53,729 nt of DNA from a virus (Duplodnaviria; Caudoviricetes): IMG/VR virus record IMGVR_UViG_3300044266_000287, positions 1 through 53,729 of that record. The stretch is one strand, 5' to 3'. A model generated the notes under the pieces. It was not told the origin of the DNA, did not search any database, and saw nothing but the letters and a program-made list of their open reading frames with translations. This document shows positions 1 through 9,866 of this stretch, in pieces. The position numbers were made by a program, and so were the translations under genes. The stretch's first letter is position 1. Each line of letters begins with the position of its first letter.

Positions 1-354
1 AATGTCTAAAAGGTTTAAAGAACCTTTCATCTTACCACCACAAACTTTATCTTCTATCATGTTGTTGCAAATATATTCATTCTCAACAACTTCACCTACG
101 GAACGAGCACGAAGGTTTAAGAAATAGTATTCAACATCAATTACTGGTAACTTATCAATATCAATATTTTCAGTAATTGTACAGTTTGTTAGTACCTGAC
201 GGACATTTCTTTCAATCGTTTCTTTATCATCTGCTTCCATAGCCATTAACAGATTTTTCTGTTCTTTAACTAAGAATGGCCTAAAACGAATCTGTTTTTT
301 AGAAAGTGGTAATTGAATCTCATATACCGGCACATCAATTTTTGGCAAAGCCAT
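1..354 (-). CDS. gp26: Baseplate hub assembly protein, T4 gp26-like (N-terminal part; runs off window edge)
   Basis: Not in ORF track. Manual translation from ATG at 354: MALPKIDVPVYEIQLPLSKKQIRFRPFLVKEQKNLLMAMEADD...FLNLRARSVGE..C. The 'LP.I..P.Y', 'RPFLVKE.K.LL.A' and 'RA.SVGE' motifs are typical of gp26. AGGAGA SD at 361-366 (minus strand). Confidence 0.85.
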   Translation of the reverse strand, partial: MALPKIDVPVYEIQLPLSKKQIRFRPFLVKEQKNLLMAMEADDKETIERNVRQVLTNCTITENIDIDKLPVIDVEYYFLNLRARSVGEVVENEYICNNMIEDKVCGGKMKGSLNLLDI

Positions 355-374
355 TTCATATCTCCTATATCAAA

Positions 375-959
375 TCAAAATGAATTAATTGCTCCTGATA
401 TCAAATCAGTTATAATGTTATTTCTTAATACAGCAACAGAATTATTCTGCCATTGTTTATAAACAAAAACTACTGCTAACTTGTGGTACGAATCGGTTGA
501 CCAATCTAAATCCAATTGATTCACATCGATTGGAAATGCCTCTTGTAGTATACCGGCGTAAGTTGGTTGACCTTGTAAATTGTATTGAGTAACTGTAATG
601 TCTGTTGCATAGTTTGCTTTGTACTCAAAATTATATGTTGTGGTTGGATTGATTAATTCCATCCAAGCATCAAAGAATATCTTCTCGTTCATATCATCAG
701 AAACAATAAAAGTCATTGTTGCTTGTTGATAATTATTGTGATATGGAAAGTATTCGATAGGTGCAGAACCTAATTTCTTTGTTGCTGTTTCAAATGTTCT
801 GCCTGGTAATACAGCTGTTTCACAACGAAAGGTTAAATTCTTGGCACTTGTTTTTAAATTGGCCAAGGAAAGAGGCACAGGAATGGTAACATCAAATTTT
901 GATGGTCTTGCAACTTCTGCGTTAAAACTACTTCTAAAATCGTTTATTGTGCCTGCCAT
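375..959 (-). CDS. Tail tube-fold baseplate protein (gp54 tube initiator / gp19 family)
   Basis: Motifs 'ARP..F.V', 'CE...LPG', 'F..W...I.P' and 'Y..DI.V.Q...EAFP.....L.W' match the gp19/gp54 fold; position between gp26 and gp2. Confidence 0.7.
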   Translation of the reverse strand: MAGTINDFRSSFNAEVARPSKFDVTIPVPLSLANLKTSAKNLTFRCETAVLPGRTFETATKKLGSAPIEYFPYHNNYQQATMTFIVSDDMNEKIFFDAWMELINPTTTYNFEYKANYATDITVTQYNLQGQPTYAGILQEAFPIDVNQLDLDWSTDSYHKLAVVFVYKQWQNNSVAVLRNNIITDLISGAINSF

Positions 960-967
960 TTTTTTCC

Positions 968-1564
968 TTAACTATGTCTAATCTCATCTACCGATTCTCT
1001 CCAAACCTCAGTTGGTTTGGCACCCTTAAACAAATGGGTAGGTAAGAATACTGCCACTTCCCACTCTTTTGGCTGAATGGTAAGTATTTTTGACTTAATG
1101 TGACTATGTAAATATCTTTTGATACATGGTCTGAACTCTTTAAAGCGCTTGGACGCCTGCAAAATATCGTAGGTTACTCTCAACCTTCTAGGATCATTAT
1201 CAACGTCTAGGACTGCGTATTCCATCAGTTTATCCAAAAATGCCACTCGGTATTTAATAGGCAAATAGTGTAAGTTTAATCCAAGAAAGCCATCTGGATA
1301 TTTCTCTAATGCCAATACCAAAGGGAACCTATCATAATATGGTAAGTCATCTTTACCTTTTGGATCATAATAGAAATGGTATAGACCACCTAAAATGAAT
1401 CTTTTGTTTTTTCTAAAATCTTCCGCAGCGATTCCACGGGGAATCTGTGAAGGATTTCTCAATTCATTAATCTTAGTCAGCAACCATTTATATGATTCTC
1501 TTGACATGGATTGCATATCAGAAGCGGACTTCTGTGCAGTAATTTGTGTAAGTTTAGATGCCAT
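968..1564 (-). CDS. gp2: DNA end protector protein
   Basis: 'FYYDPKGKDDLPYYDRFPLV', 'FLGLNLHYLP' and 'CIKRYL..H..S' are gp2 signatures; adjacent to gp4. Confidence 0.9.
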   Translation of the reverse strand: MASKLTQITAQKSASDMQSMSRESYKWLLTKINELRNPSQIPRGIAAEDFRKNKRFILGGLYHFYYDPKGKDDLPYYDRFPLVLALEKYPDGFLGLNLHYLPIKYRVAFLDKLMEYAVLDVDNDPRRLRVTYDILQASKRFKEFRPCIKRYLHSHIKSKILTIQPKEWEVAVFLPTHLFKGAKPTEVWRESVDEIRHS

Positions 1565-1568
1565 GGTG

Positions 1569-1576
1569 TATTTAGT
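1569..1576 (-). promoter_or_regulatory. Putative T4-type late promoter (ACTAAATA) for gp2
   Basis: TAAATA core 4 nt upstream of the gp2 ATG, overlapping the gp4 stop codon. Confidence 0.45.
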
Positions 1577-2009
1577 TGAGGCCTAGGTGATCCTCTGTGA
1601 TTAAACGAAACTCCCAACCACGGTCAGAACAATATTCCGTTGCGGCTTTCCATTTAGCTTGATTTACTCCCCAAGTACTTACCTCATTAATATATTGTTT
1701 AGTGATACGTTTTCGTTGTTCTGGTTCTTGGGTTTGTTTTTTAGGTTTAACTTCAAGTATCATTGTTTTCAATTTACCTTCTCTGGTTCTCATTTTAACA
1801 AGAAAGTCAGGAAAGTAACGATGAACTCTACCGTCAACTGGTGATTTATATGGTATAATCAGTTCTTCTGAAGCCCAGCTTAGAATGTCTGGATTACGGT
1901 CAAGCCAATCCATTACCTTTACCTCCCAAGAGGAACGATAGATTATATTGGTTGGATCGCCAATATATTTTTGGGGGTGTTTAGGTTTAAATTGTCCGGA
2001 ATATGCCAT
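1572..2009 (-). CDS. gp4: Head completion protein (TnsA-like nuclease fold)
   Basis: 'KY.GDP..I.YRS.WE', 'W.SEE..IPY.SP.DG..HRYFPDF', 'EVKP.KQT' and 'VNQAKW.AA'. The likely start is MAYSG (ATG at 2009) rather than 2027. Confidence 0.92.
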   Translation of the reverse strand: MAYSGQFKPKHPQKYIGDPTNIIYRSSWEVKVMDWLDRNPDILSWASEELIIPYKSPVDGRVHRYFPDFLVKMRTREGKLKTMILEVKPKKQTQEPEQRKRITKQYINEVSTWGVNQAKWKAATEYCSDRGWEFRLITEDHLGLN

Positions 2010-2014
2010 AAATA
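2007..2014 (+). promoter_or_regulatory. Putative late promoter (CATAAATA) for gp48 onward
   Basis: One mismatch to T4 TATAAATA; 28 nt upstream of ATG 2043, at the divergent gp4/gp48 junction. Confidence 0.55.
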
Positions 2015-2042
2015 TATGTATATTCACATAAAAGAGAGTACC

Positions 2043-3278
2043 ATGGGTTTACAAATAATACCTAATAGTGTTGGTGGAATAAGCACCAGTTCGATTGCTT
2101 CTGGTCCTTTGGCCAGTCTATTCACCAATAACAATCAAGTTCAAAACCTTATATTTCCATCTGATTTGGCGTCAAACCCATCGATGGGACATGCGGTACT
2201 CATTCAAGCGTACGATTATACAACAACCGTAGGTAATACATTAGGAAATATTGGTGGTACAATTAGTAATTTAATAGAAAACCCCAGCGCAGAAGAATTT
2301 GCAAACGCAATAAAACCAATAACGGAATCTATTAGTGCAGCAGTAAACAATCCCAGCATAGAAAGTTTATCCAACGCTTTAAACTCAACTGGACTTGGTA
2401 CTGTGGCCACAGCCGCAAACTATTCTCCACAGAAAAAAGGTAGTCCTCTAGCAAGCGTTTCTTTATTTTTACCTGAAAATTTAACAGTAAACTATAATTC
2501 TACATATACTGATATTAGTATTACTGAAGAATTGGGTGTTGTTGGTTTTGCTGGAAATTTACTTAGTGATGCTTCTAAGATGGGTTTATCAAAAGCAATA
2601 ACTCCATATGTTACTACTGCAGCAGCTACAGGACTTAACAAAGTATCATCTTTATTAGGTGGTACAGGTCAAATTGGTTCACTTGCTGCACAAGGCGCAG
2701 GTGTATTTGTTAATCCACAAATGCAATTATTGTATAAAGGGGTTGGACTTAGAACATTTCAATTAGAATTTTTAATGACACCAAAAACAGCAGCAGAAGC
2801 CAAAACTGTTCAAAACATCTGTGATACACTAACATTCTATTCTCTGCCTGGTATTGCTGGTGCACAAAGAGGCGGATCAGGTCAGTTCTTAACACCACCA
2901 CAAATCTTCTCGGTACAATTTAAGTTTTTAGGACAAGATGGGGTTGTAGGTAGTATTTCTAATGTTATTAAATCTGCACTAAACAATTCTGGACTAGGTT
3001 TCTTGACACAAGGCACTACAAGTTCAATCAGTAATGCAAACGATGCAAAACTGTTTAAAGTTAATGATTGTGTGTTAGAAGATGTTACAGTTGATTATGC
3101 TCCAAACGGTTGGTCAGCATACAAAGATGGATATCCAGTACAGACTCGTTTAACATTACAATTCAAAGAGACAACGATGATTACCAAAGACCAATTTAGG
3201 GGAAGTCAAATTGAAGCTAATTATAATACTCAACAACAATTGAATTCTACATTATCTCCAAAAGAAAGTGTGGGTTAA
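2043..3278 (+). CDS. gp48: Baseplate tail tube cap
   Basis: 'LFLPENL...Y...Y', 'NPQMQLLYKGVGLRTFQLEF...PK...EA..V..I' and 'CVL..V.VDYAPNG...G.PV...LTL.FKE'. Start taken at ATG 2043. Confidence 0.85.
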   Translation: MGLQIIPNSVGGISTSSIASGPLASLFTNNNQVQNLIFPSDLASNPSMGHAVLIQAYDYTTTVGNTLGNIGGTISNLIENPSAEEFANAIKPITESISAAVNNPSIESLSNALNSTGLGTVATAANYSPQKKGSPLASVSLFLPENLTVNYNSTYTDISITEELGVVGFAGNLLSDASKMGLSKAITPYVTTAAATGLNKVSSLLGGTGQIGSLAAQGAGVFVNPQMQLLYKGVGLRTFQLEFLMTPKTAAEAKTVQNICDTLTFYSLPGIAGAQRGGSGQFLTPPQIFSVQFKFLGQDGVVGSISNVIKSALNNSGLGFLTQGTTSSISNANDAKLFKVNDCVLEDVTVDYAPNGWSAYKDGYPVQTRLTLQFKETTMITKDQFRGSQIEANYNTQQQLNSTLSPKESVG

Positions 3279-3281
3279 TCA

Positions 3282-3914
3282 ATGAAATACTTTGGTTCTT
3301 TACCTCTAATTAGGAATACCGACAAGTTCGGTAATGTCAATTTATTGACAAACATATTAATTCGCACACAATTAATTCCTAAGTTAGCCAATAATCCTTT
3401 AGTGTACTATTCTTATCCTGTACAAGAAGGTGACACACCAGAAAGTATTGCAAACAAATACTACGGAGATTCATATCGTTATTGGATTACTTTGTATGGC
3501 AATCCACAAATCATTGACCCACAAGGTGATTGGCCAATGACATCAAATCAATTTTTGTTATATTTGCAAGACAAGTATGCTGTTGCAGCAAATGGTGCAT
3601 CTAATGTTGTTTCATATGCTCAAGCAACACCTTATGAATATCAAAAGGTAGTGACCACAGTAGATAGTACCACACAAACAACAGTAGTCAAAACTGTGGT
3701 GATTGATTCTAATACCTACAATACTTTAATTGCGTCTACAAACAAACAGACATTTGCTGATGGCAGTTATGTAACTTATACAACATCAAAAAATATATTG
3801 TCAATATATGACTACGAACTGCAACAGAATGAAGCTAAAAGAAATATTAATTTGATTAATAGTAATTATGCTACTGATATAGAAATGCAATATAAAACTT
3901 TAGTGAGTACATAA
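3282..3914 (+). CDS. gp53: Baseplate wedge subunit with LysM-like region
   Basis: 'MKYF..LP.I', 'Y.VQEGDTPE.IA.KYYGD....W', 'WP', 'YDYE...NEAKRNI.LI'. Confidence 0.9.
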   Translation: MKYFGSLPLIRNTDKFGNVNLLTNILIRTQLIPKLANNPLVYYSYPVQEGDTPESIANKYYGDSYRYWITLYGNPQIIDPQGDWPMTSNQFLLYLQDKYAVAANGASNVVSYAQATPYEYQKVVTTVDSTTQTTVVKTVVIDSNTYNTLIASTNKQTFADGSYVTYTTSKNILSIYDYELQQNEAKRNINLINSNYATDIEMQYKTLVST

Positions 3915-5320
3915 TGCCATTAGATACAAAGTATCTTCGTTATCCTACCGATTACAACTTAATAACTTTAAACTTAATAACACCATTTACTAATGGTATT
4001 GTTAACTTAAAGCCTTTCATGCAGGAATTAAGTTTGTTTGAAGATATTTACAGTTCAACCATTTCAGGTGAAGTTGTTATCTCAGATGCCTTGGGTCTCG
4101 TTTCAAAGTATTTTCTGAACGGTACTGAGTTCATTCAAATTCAATTACAAAAAACAACACAAGATTCTCAGTTTATATCCAGAAATTATAGAGTATATAA
4201 AATGGGTAAGCGAGTGACCTCAGATAGCAACAACTATGAGGTATACATTCTACATTTCATTTCTGAAGAATTCCTTTTATCTGAACAGAACCGTCTGTCA
4301 AAAGGATATTATGGTAAACAAATTGATTATATCATTGAAGATATTTTGACCACATATTTAAAAACACAAAAGAATACTTACATTGATAAAACCTTAGGAC
4401 CTTACGATTTCATTCTACCAAACAAAAAGTTATTTGAAACAATTAACTGGTTATCAACATATGCAAGACCAGACGGTCAAGAAGGTGCAGACATGTTGTT
4501 CTATGAAAATACCAAAGGTTATTATTTCAAATCATTACAAAATCTTTTTGCACAAAGTTCGTATCAAACATTTAAATATGATCCAAAAAATACCAATGAA
4601 ACAGATATGAATCAAAAATTATCTAATGCTTTAGATTTTGAAGTATTGGACTTCTTTGATACTCTTGGTGGTACAACCAATGGTATATTCTCAAACAAAG
4701 TAATTACATTTGATCCTTTACAACGAAAACTGAATGTAAAAGATGGCCAATTTGATTACAGTAAATATATGGGTTCCACACTAAACAAAAATCCATTGAC
4801 AAATACAAGTAATGGTTACAAGAATCGTTTAGGTCAAAACATGTATTCTACTGACAGAACACAAGTGGCAGGTCTGGAAGTTGGTGCTTTAAGAATGGCA
4901 TCTGGTAATCAAATGCAAAAGAAAAATCCTTATGTTGCTCAAGGACCAGATGCAGTAGCCAACGATATTAACATTGAAAAGTATGTACCTAATCGTGTAG
5001 CACAATTAGGTTTAGCAAACTACATGAGAATTAAACTGACTGTACCTGGTGATCCTAATTTGTGTGCAGGTCAAGTGGTGAACTTTAATACTTACGCTAT
5101 CAATCCTGTATCATATACACAATCAGGATCAAACTCAACAAGAGAACCGGATCCGTTTTATTCTGGTAAATATTTGGTGTCTGCTGTTCGACATGTAGTT
5201 AAAAACAACGCATATATAACTATTATAGAATTAATCAAGGATAGTGTGAGCGCAAGTTATCCTGCGTTTAACAATGCAGACAGTTTACTGAATCAATTAG
5301 TTAATGGTGTACAAATATAA
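3914..5320 (+). CDS. Baseplate hub protein (gp27/VgrG-N-like)
   Basis: 'LFEDIYS..ISG.....D', 'FYE...GY.F.SL..L' and 'VPGD..L.AG...SGKYLV.AVRH'; position between gp53 and gp5. Confidence 0.75.
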   Translation: MPLDTKYLRYPTDYNLITLNLITPFTNGIVNLKPFMQELSLFEDIYSSTISGEVVISDALGLVSKYFLNGTEFIQIQLQKTTQDSQFISRNYRVYKMGKRVTSDSNNYEVYILHFISEEFLLSEQNRLSKGYYGKQIDYIIEDILTTYLKTQKNTYIDKTLGPYDFILPNKKLFETINWLSTYARPDGQEGADMLFYENTKGYYFKSLQNLFAQSSYQTFKYDPKNTNETDMNQKLSNALDFEVLDFFDTLGGTTNGIFSNKVITFDPLQRKLNVKDGQFDYSKYMGSTLNKNPLTNTSNGYKNRLGQNMYSTDRTQVAGLEVGALRMASGNQMQKKNPYVAQGPDAVANDINIEKYVPNRVAQLGLANYMRIKLTVPGDPNLCAGQVVNFNTYAINPVSYTQSGSNSTREPDPFYSGKYLVSAVRHVVKNNAYITIIELIKDSVSASYPAFNNADSLLNQLVNGVQI

Positions 5321-5619
5321 TGCGTAATAATTTTGTTGGCCTTAATGGTTTTATCTGGTGGGTAGGTGAAGTTGAAAATCGTGCCGGCGATGAGCTAGGC
5401 ATAGGTCGTTGTCAGATTCGTATATTTGGTTGGCACACATTAGATAAATCTGTATTACCTACAAAAGACTTGCCTTGGGCACATCCTATGTACCCAATTA
5501 ATAATTCAAAATCTTTTTCTCAACCTAAAGTGGGAGATTGGATAGTTGGTTTCTTCATGGATGGAGAATCAGGTCAATTTCCTATTATGATGGGTGTTTT
5601 ACCCGGAATTCAACAATGA
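5320..5619 (+). CDS. gp5: gp5 N-terminal OB-fold domain as a stand-alone protein
   Basis: 'F.WWVGEVE.R..D...GRC..RIFGWH...LP..DLPWA.P...G.W.VGFF.DG...Q.P.MMG.LPG' is the gp5 OB domain; TGA stop at 5617-5619. Confidence 0.85.
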   Translation: MRNNFVGLNGFIWWVGEVENRAGDELGIGRCQIRIFGWHTLDKSVLPTKDLPWAHPMYPINNSKSFSQPKVGDWIVGFFMDGESGQFPIMMGVLPGIQQ

Positions 5620-5626
5620 GGTTAAC

Positions 5627-6292
5627 ATGCCTATACCTTTACCCTTAATTACTGCTGTAGTTGCTGGTGTTGAAACAAATCCACCAAAGCCAAATTTTAG
5701 TGGCGATTCACCAACGGCTGGAGGTCCTACAAGTCCTTCTTTAGCCAGAGGAGAAATGGCTAACACATCTATTTCTTTTTCAAATAGTAATATTGAACAC
5801 GTTTGTGATATTTCTGGTGATATTAAATATGTAATCGCATCTGTTTCACTTGGCATTAAACAAGCTATTGAAGCAATTCGTCTCGCAGTTCAATCATTAT
5901 TTGAAAGTAGTTCAGGTTCACCTTTTGCTGATGGTGTTAGAGGAATCATAACTGCCATTCAAGCAAAAGTAAAATTGATACAAAAATTAATAGAAAAAGC
6001 AAAAGAAGTACAAGCTGATATTGCTGGTTATATTGCACAACTTCAACAACTAGTACAATACATTCAATCTTTACCTGCAAGAATTGCTGCAGTTTTGACA
6101 CAATGTATTAGTGATGCACTTTCAAGTATCTCTGGTGCAATTACTAATGCCAAAGAAATTGTAAATGCTCAAGAATCTGGTGGAAGTCTTGCAAGTGCTG
6201 CAACAAATGCCACTTTAGCATCAAATCAATTAACAACGGCACAAAATACTACTAGTGGGACTTCTAAAGGTCCACAATTACAATTAGGCTAA
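5627..6292 (+). CDS. Hypothetical alpha-helical protein at the position of the gp5 middle domain
   Basis: ATG 5627 has a GAGGT SD. Contains 'SLARG' (resembles the gp5 linker 'RLARG') followed by long amphipathic helices; no lysozyme motif recognised. Confidence 0.6.
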   Translation: MPIPLPLITAVVAGVETNPPKPNFSGDSPTAGGPTSPSLARGEMANTSISFSNSNIEHVCDISGDIKYVIASVSLGIKQAIEAIRLAVQSLFESSSGSPFADGVRGIITAIQAKVKLIQKLIEKAKEVQADIAGYIAQLQQLVQYIQSLPARIAAVLTQCISDALSSISGAITNAKEIVNAQESGGSLASAATNATLASNQLTTAQNTTSGTSKGPQLQLG

Positions 6293-6294
6293 AA

Positions 6295-7038
6295 ATGGCA
6301 GATTTATCTTGGACAGAACCGGAATCAGCAGCAAATACTGACTATCAACCGGTATATCCATATAATAATATAACGCAGACCGAATCTGGTCATGCACTGG
6401 AACTAGACGATACGCCTGGTCGTGAGCGTATTCGTTTGACTCACGGAAAAGCCAATACTTTTATTGAATTACATCCTAATGGTGATGAAGTACATAAGAT
6501 ATATGGCAACGGATATGAAATTGTTCTGCAGGATAAAAATGTTCTAATTAAAGGTGTTTGTAATATTACTGTACAAGGTGATTCTGTATTTCATGTTAAA
6601 GGTGATTCATATCAACAAGTAGACGGTACAGTATATCAAAATGTTAAGGGTAATGTTAAACAGTTAGTTAATGGTAATTGTGAACAAACTATTAATGGTG
6701 ATTATGATATTAATGCTTCAGGTGATGTGAATGTCTCAGCAAAACATTTACAAGTCAATGGTGATTTGGCAGTTCGTGGTGACATTACAACTACACAAAG
6801 TGTATCTGCTGAAGGTAATATTTCTGCCGCCATGTCGGTATCAGCGGTGAAAAGTGTTGAGACTCCTGGTTTTATGGCAGCAGCCGGCATAATCACAGCA
6901 GGCGTTTCTATATTTGGTCCAATAGTATCTGATATATTTGGTTCAATAGAAGCACTTAGATTGAAGATTGATAGACACGTTCATATTGGTAATAAAGGAT
7001 TTCCAACAAGTCCTCCATCAAACGGATTCATGGAATAA
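6295..7038 (+). CDS. gp5: gp5 C-terminal beta-helix central spike with HxH apex
   Basis: 'W.EP...Y.P.YPYN...TESGH..E.DDTPG.ERI...H...TF.E..P.G', ~8-residue V.G repeats, C-terminal 'HVH...G.PTSPP'. Confidence 0.85.
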   Translation: MADLSWTEPESAANTDYQPVYPYNNITQTESGHALELDDTPGRERIRLTHGKANTFIELHPNGDEVHKIYGNGYEIVLQDKNVLIKGVCNITVQGDSVFHVKGDSYQQVDGTVYQNVKGNVKQLVNGNCEQTINGDYDINASGDVNVSAKHLQVNGDLAVRGDITTTQSVSAEGNISAAMSVSAVKSVETPGFMAAAGIITAGVSIFGPIVSDIFGSIEALRLKIDRHVHIGNKGFPTSPPSNGFME

Positions 7039-7041
7039 TAA

Positions 7042-7848
7042 ATGGGTATTTTTGCAAGATTAGGTTACTCTGGTAATACGCAATTTAATGGTGCGGACCA
7101 ACTCACGCCTGGCGTTATAAACCTATTAAACAATCAACCACAAAATTTAAAACAATGGCAAATCAATGATATTGCCAATGCTTCTGCCACAGGATACTAT
7201 CAGAATCCACATAATAATAATTTAGGTGCTCTTGCTGTGTTTGTTACTGGAATTATAGGTCTATCAAACACTACAACCTATAATTATAATGTTAATTCAT
7301 CATCTGCAAATACAATGGGTTCTGCTGCGTCTAATGCACAATCAGCTTTGACCAGTTTTACAACTCATACAAACAATTTATCTGGAGTTACCAATTCTTC
7401 AGATAGTTCTTTATATCCTGATTTAAATTCTGCTCTAAACATCGGCCGTCAGGTTTTAAATATAACAAATCAATCTGATGGTATACAGAATAATATTCCT
7501 ATTATTGGTAACTTTAGTAGTCTGTATATTGGAAATACATTAACAACTCTCACCAATGCAATTGCAAACGATTTCATTACATTAAGTCAATCAATTGGTG
7601 TGGATATGTCTGGTAATTTAACCAGTAATATATCAAACTCTGCAATGAATACTATTACAACAGATTTGACCAATTTGCAGACCACACTCAGTACACAACA
7701 AAATGCTGATATTTCTTTTTACCAGAATTCGTATGGTGTAGCAAAAGATTATACAACAACAACACAATTTAATAACTTGGGTGCAACTCAGAATAATTTG
7801 ATTACTTTAATTGGTACAACTAAACTTAAAACGGATTTGGCGTCATGA
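7042..7848 (+). CDS. Hypothetical virion-associated protein (Asn/Ser/Thr-rich, helical)
   Basis: Long ORF tightly coupled to both neighbours; no family recognised. Confidence 0.6.
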   Translation: MGIFARLGYSGNTQFNGADQLTPGVINLLNNQPQNLKQWQINDIANASATGYYQNPHNNNLGALAVFVTGIIGLSNTTTYNYNVNSSSANTMGSAASNAQSALTSFTTHTNNLSGVTNSSDSSLYPDLNSALNIGRQVLNITNQSDGIQNNIPIIGNFSSLYIGNTLTTLTNAIANDFITLSQSIGVDMSGNLTSNISNSAMNTITTDLTNLQTTLSTQQNADISFYQNSYGVAKDYTTTTQFNNLGATQNNLITLIGTTKLKTDLAS

Positions 7849-9857
7849 ACTATTCAATTTCCGTACCATTTTCAGCAATACAATTAGTCACACAATATGG
7901 TGCCAATGTTATTGTCGTTGGTTCAAGTGTAGTTTTACCTGACGGATCTACTGTTACATCGTCTTATGGTACAACTTCATACCCTCCAGATTTTGCTTAC
8001 AACCAAGCCAATGCGGCAACTTCATTAGCACAGGCTGCATATTCATATGCAAACACAATTTCTGGTGGTTCCGCTATTGATAATGTGGCAAGAACGTCTG
8101 CACAAACTGCTTTTGTATTGGCTAATACAGCAATAAACTATATTAATTCTAATAATGCATATTTTCAAACTGGTTACAATACTGCAAATACAGGATATAA
8201 TAATACATTATATTTACAAGGTGTTGACAATACTCAAAACAATGCCATTAATATTATTCAAGGTGTTGATACTTATCAAAATAATCAAATAACCTCACTC
8301 ACTACTTTTACACAAGCAGCCTTTAATACTGCTAATGCAAGTTCGCCTGCTGCAATACAAGCATCCTTCAATACTGCTAATGCCGCTTTTATACAAGCAA
8401 ATAATGCTTCATCAAATACAATATATTTACAAGGTGCTTTGGCCTCAGAAAATGCCAATTCAACTTTATTATTCACATATATTAATCAAGCCAATGCTAA
8501 CATTGGATTACTTCAATCTTATGTCACTCAATCAAATGCTAACATAAGTTTATTACAAGCTTATTCAAGTCAGGCTAACGCCAATATAGCTTTACTTCAG
8601 GCTTATGTAAATCAAAGTAATGCTAATATCAGTTTGTTGCAATCTTATTCTAACCAAGCTAACGCCAATATCGCTTTATTACAAACATATGCAAATCAAT
8701 CTAATGCAAATGTTGGATTGTTACAAACATACGCCAATCAGTCAAATGCTAACATAAGCTTACTTCAGGCTTATTCCAATCAAGCCAATGCTAATATTGT
8801 TTCATTACAAACGTATTCTAATCAAGCTAATGCTAATATAAGTTTACTACAAGCATATGCGAATCAGTCCAATGCCAATATAAGTTTATTACAAGCTTAT
8901 TCAAGTCAGGCTAACGCCAATATAGCTTTATTACAATCATATTCAAACCAAGCCAATGCCAATATTGTTTCATTATATTCTTATTCTGGTGCAGCATTTG
9001 CCAAAGCAAACAGTTCGTTGCAATTAAGTGGAACAACACAAACTGTAAGTAGTAACGTCACCATTCAAGGCAACTTATCAGTAACAGGTAATGTTTCTTA
9101 TACTGGTAACGTAACTACAATTCAAATTACTGGAAATACCGGTCAATTCTTTGGTTATACGGCGAATGGTTTTAATGCACTCTATGCTGGTATTCCTACT
9201 GGTTATTTTATTGAACCACAGATGGTCTATCAAATCACCAGTAATTATAATGGTTATACTGGTGGCATTAACATGCAGAATATTAATTCTGGTGCCAATG
9301 CCTCGGCGGATTTATTCATTACAGCAGACAACGGAACAATTAATGATGGTTATCTCGACTTAGGACTTGGATCAAGTACATACAATTATCCTGGTTACAG
9401 TCTAATAGGAAAAAATGATGGTTATCTATTTGTGACTGGAAATACAACTACTGGTGGTGGTAATACAATTATTGGCACCGGATTAAATAATGATGTTATA
9501 TTTACTTTAGGTGGAATTAATACAATAAATGAAGTTGCTCGTTTTAAATATAATACTGGTTTAGTAGTAAAACAACCAATTACATTTGTAGATAATACTA
9601 CTCAAAACACAGCTGCATCACCTGCATCATATTCTCAAGCAGCTTTTGCACAGGCCAATACTGCGCCAAGATATGTAAGTAGTTCAACTGCACCAGTAAG
9701 TCCAAGAGTTAATGACATGTGGTATGATACTGACAATGATGTTCTGCTTCGTTATACTAATGATGGCACTTCAAACAATTGGATAGATATTACAGGTCCA
9801 ATTTTTAGGTCTACTTTCATTAGACCAACATATCAAGTAACTGCTAACGTATCATAA
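7845..9857 (+). CDS. Fibre/adaptor protein: coiled-coil stalk, beta domain and C-terminal 'AP.SP..NDMWYD' module
   Basis: 12 Q[AS]NANxxLLQxYxN repeats; ~180-aa domain shared with 37499..39817; C-terminus paralogous to 35345..36202. Confidence 0.7.
   Translation: MNYSISVPFSAIQLVTQYGANVIVVGSSVVLPDGSTVTSSYGTTSYPPDFAYNQANAATSLAQAAYSYANTISGGSAIDNVARTSAQTAFVLANTAINYINSNNAYFQTGYNTANTGYNNTLYLQGVDNTQNNAINIIQGVDTYQNNQITSLTTFTQAAFNTANASSPAAIQASFNTANAAFIQANNASSNTIYLQGALASENANSTLLFTYINQANANIGLLQSYVTQSNANISLLQAYSSQANANIALLQAYVNQSNANISLLQSYSNQANANIALLQTYANQSNANVGLLQTYANQSNANISLLQAYSNQANANIVSLQTYSNQANANISLLQAYANQSNANISLLQAYSSQANANIALLQSYSNQANANIVSLYSYSGAAFAKANSSLQLSGTTQTVSSNVTIQGNLSVTGNVSYTGNVTTIQITGNTGQFFGYTANGFNALYAGIPTGYFIEPQMVYQITSNYNGYTGGINMQNINSGANASADLFITADNGTINDGYLDLGLGSSTYNYPGYSLIGKNDGYLFVTGNTTTGGGNTIIGTGLNNDVIFTLGGINTINEVARFKYNTGLVVKQPITFVDNTTQNTAASPASYSQAAFAQANTAPRYVSSSTAPVSPRVNDMWYDTDNDVLLRYTNDGTSNNWIDITGPIFRSTFIRPTYQVTANVS
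8485..8985 (+). repeat. Coding tandem repeat, 42-bp unit x12 (QANANISLLQAYSN-like)
   Basis: 12 Q[AS]NAN units counted in the translation; boundaries approximate. Confidence 0.9.
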
Positions 9858-9866
9858 GGATTAAAA

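Noticed and set aside
1971-2042. Upstream starts in the ORF track (1971, 2027, 5594, 11701, 39807, 48641)
   Set aside because: They overlap neighbouring genes or promoter motifs; downstream ATGs have better SD or coupling context and match family N-termini
5594-5627. Programmed frameshift joining the gp5 OB domain to the next ORF
   Set aside because: The frames overlap briefly, but ATG 5627 has its own GAGGT SD and there is no convincing slippery heptamer with downstream structure
8485-8985. Regular 42-bp periodicity resembling a CRISPR array
   Set aside because: Units are in-frame coding repeats varying at synonymous positions; there are no unique spacers and no cas genes
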